Shown here piece after piece: positions 63,794 to 64,000 of a stretch of 64,000 nucleotides of DNA. The stretch's first letter is position 1, and each line of letters starts with the position of its first letter. A model generated the notes under the pieces. That model had not been told where the DNA came from, did no database searches, and saw only the letters and a program-made list of their open reading frames with translations. A program made the translations under genes and the position numbers. This DNA is from a phage. Where the stretch lies: the sequence record PX969468.1. The stretch is one strand, 5' to 3'.

Positions 63794-64000
63794 TGGCAGA
63801 GTACAGACGTAGAACATGGCGATTATTGTTTGGTCGTCCGGTAGAGCATGGGGGTAAATCAAAAACCAATATCCCAAAATCTGTTGAAAAGAAAGGGGAT
63901 AGTGATTCCGGAGTTTATGAAGTTAGCTCAGACACTGGTGCTGCCAATATAGAGTTTGACATACAAAAGGACAATACCAAAGAGCCGAACAAAGGTTATG
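63793..64000 (+). CDS. hypothetical protein, 5' partial (runs off the window)
   Basis: ATG overlaps the upstream stop; open to the window end. Confidence 0.4.
   Translation, partial: MAEYRRRTWRLLFGRPVEHGGKSKTNIPKSVEKKGDSDSGVYEVSSDTGAANIEFDIQKDNTKEPNKGY

Overview
This window reads as part of a large virulent tailed-phage genome (contractile-tail type, probably infecting an enterobacterium given sigma70-like promoters and E. coli-like codon use in the capsid genes). About 41 kb of tightly packed minus-strand genes (1.2-41.2 kb) carry many small hypothetical proteins, a ribosome hibernation factor homologue, and a nucleotide-metabolism/DNA-processing block (nrdA, nrdB, split nrdD, nrdG, glutaredoxin, ThyX-like, dNMP kinase, nucleotidase, PhoH, two DNA methyltransferases, DNA ligase, flap endonuclease, RuvC-like and EndoVII-like nucleases, endolysin, Sir2-like, RNA ligase). 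The strand switches at about 41.2 kb. The plus strand then carries a polynucleotide kinase plus phosphoesterase, an HTH protein beside an iteron array with an AT-rich block, two ORF-free GC-rich segments, a seven-gene tRNA cluster, a spanin pair, and the morphogenesis module (split terminase, portal, scaffold, capsid, sheath, tube, frameshifting chaperone, tape measure). The most notable points are two split genes (nrdD and terminase large subunit), each carrying a homing-endonuclease ORF in an intron-like insertion; the origin-like iteron region; candidate structured RNAs; and an RNA heal-and-seal gene set next to the tRNA cluster. All calls rest on motif recognition by eye; no database search was run. 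Coordinates of derived starts may be off by 1-2 nt.
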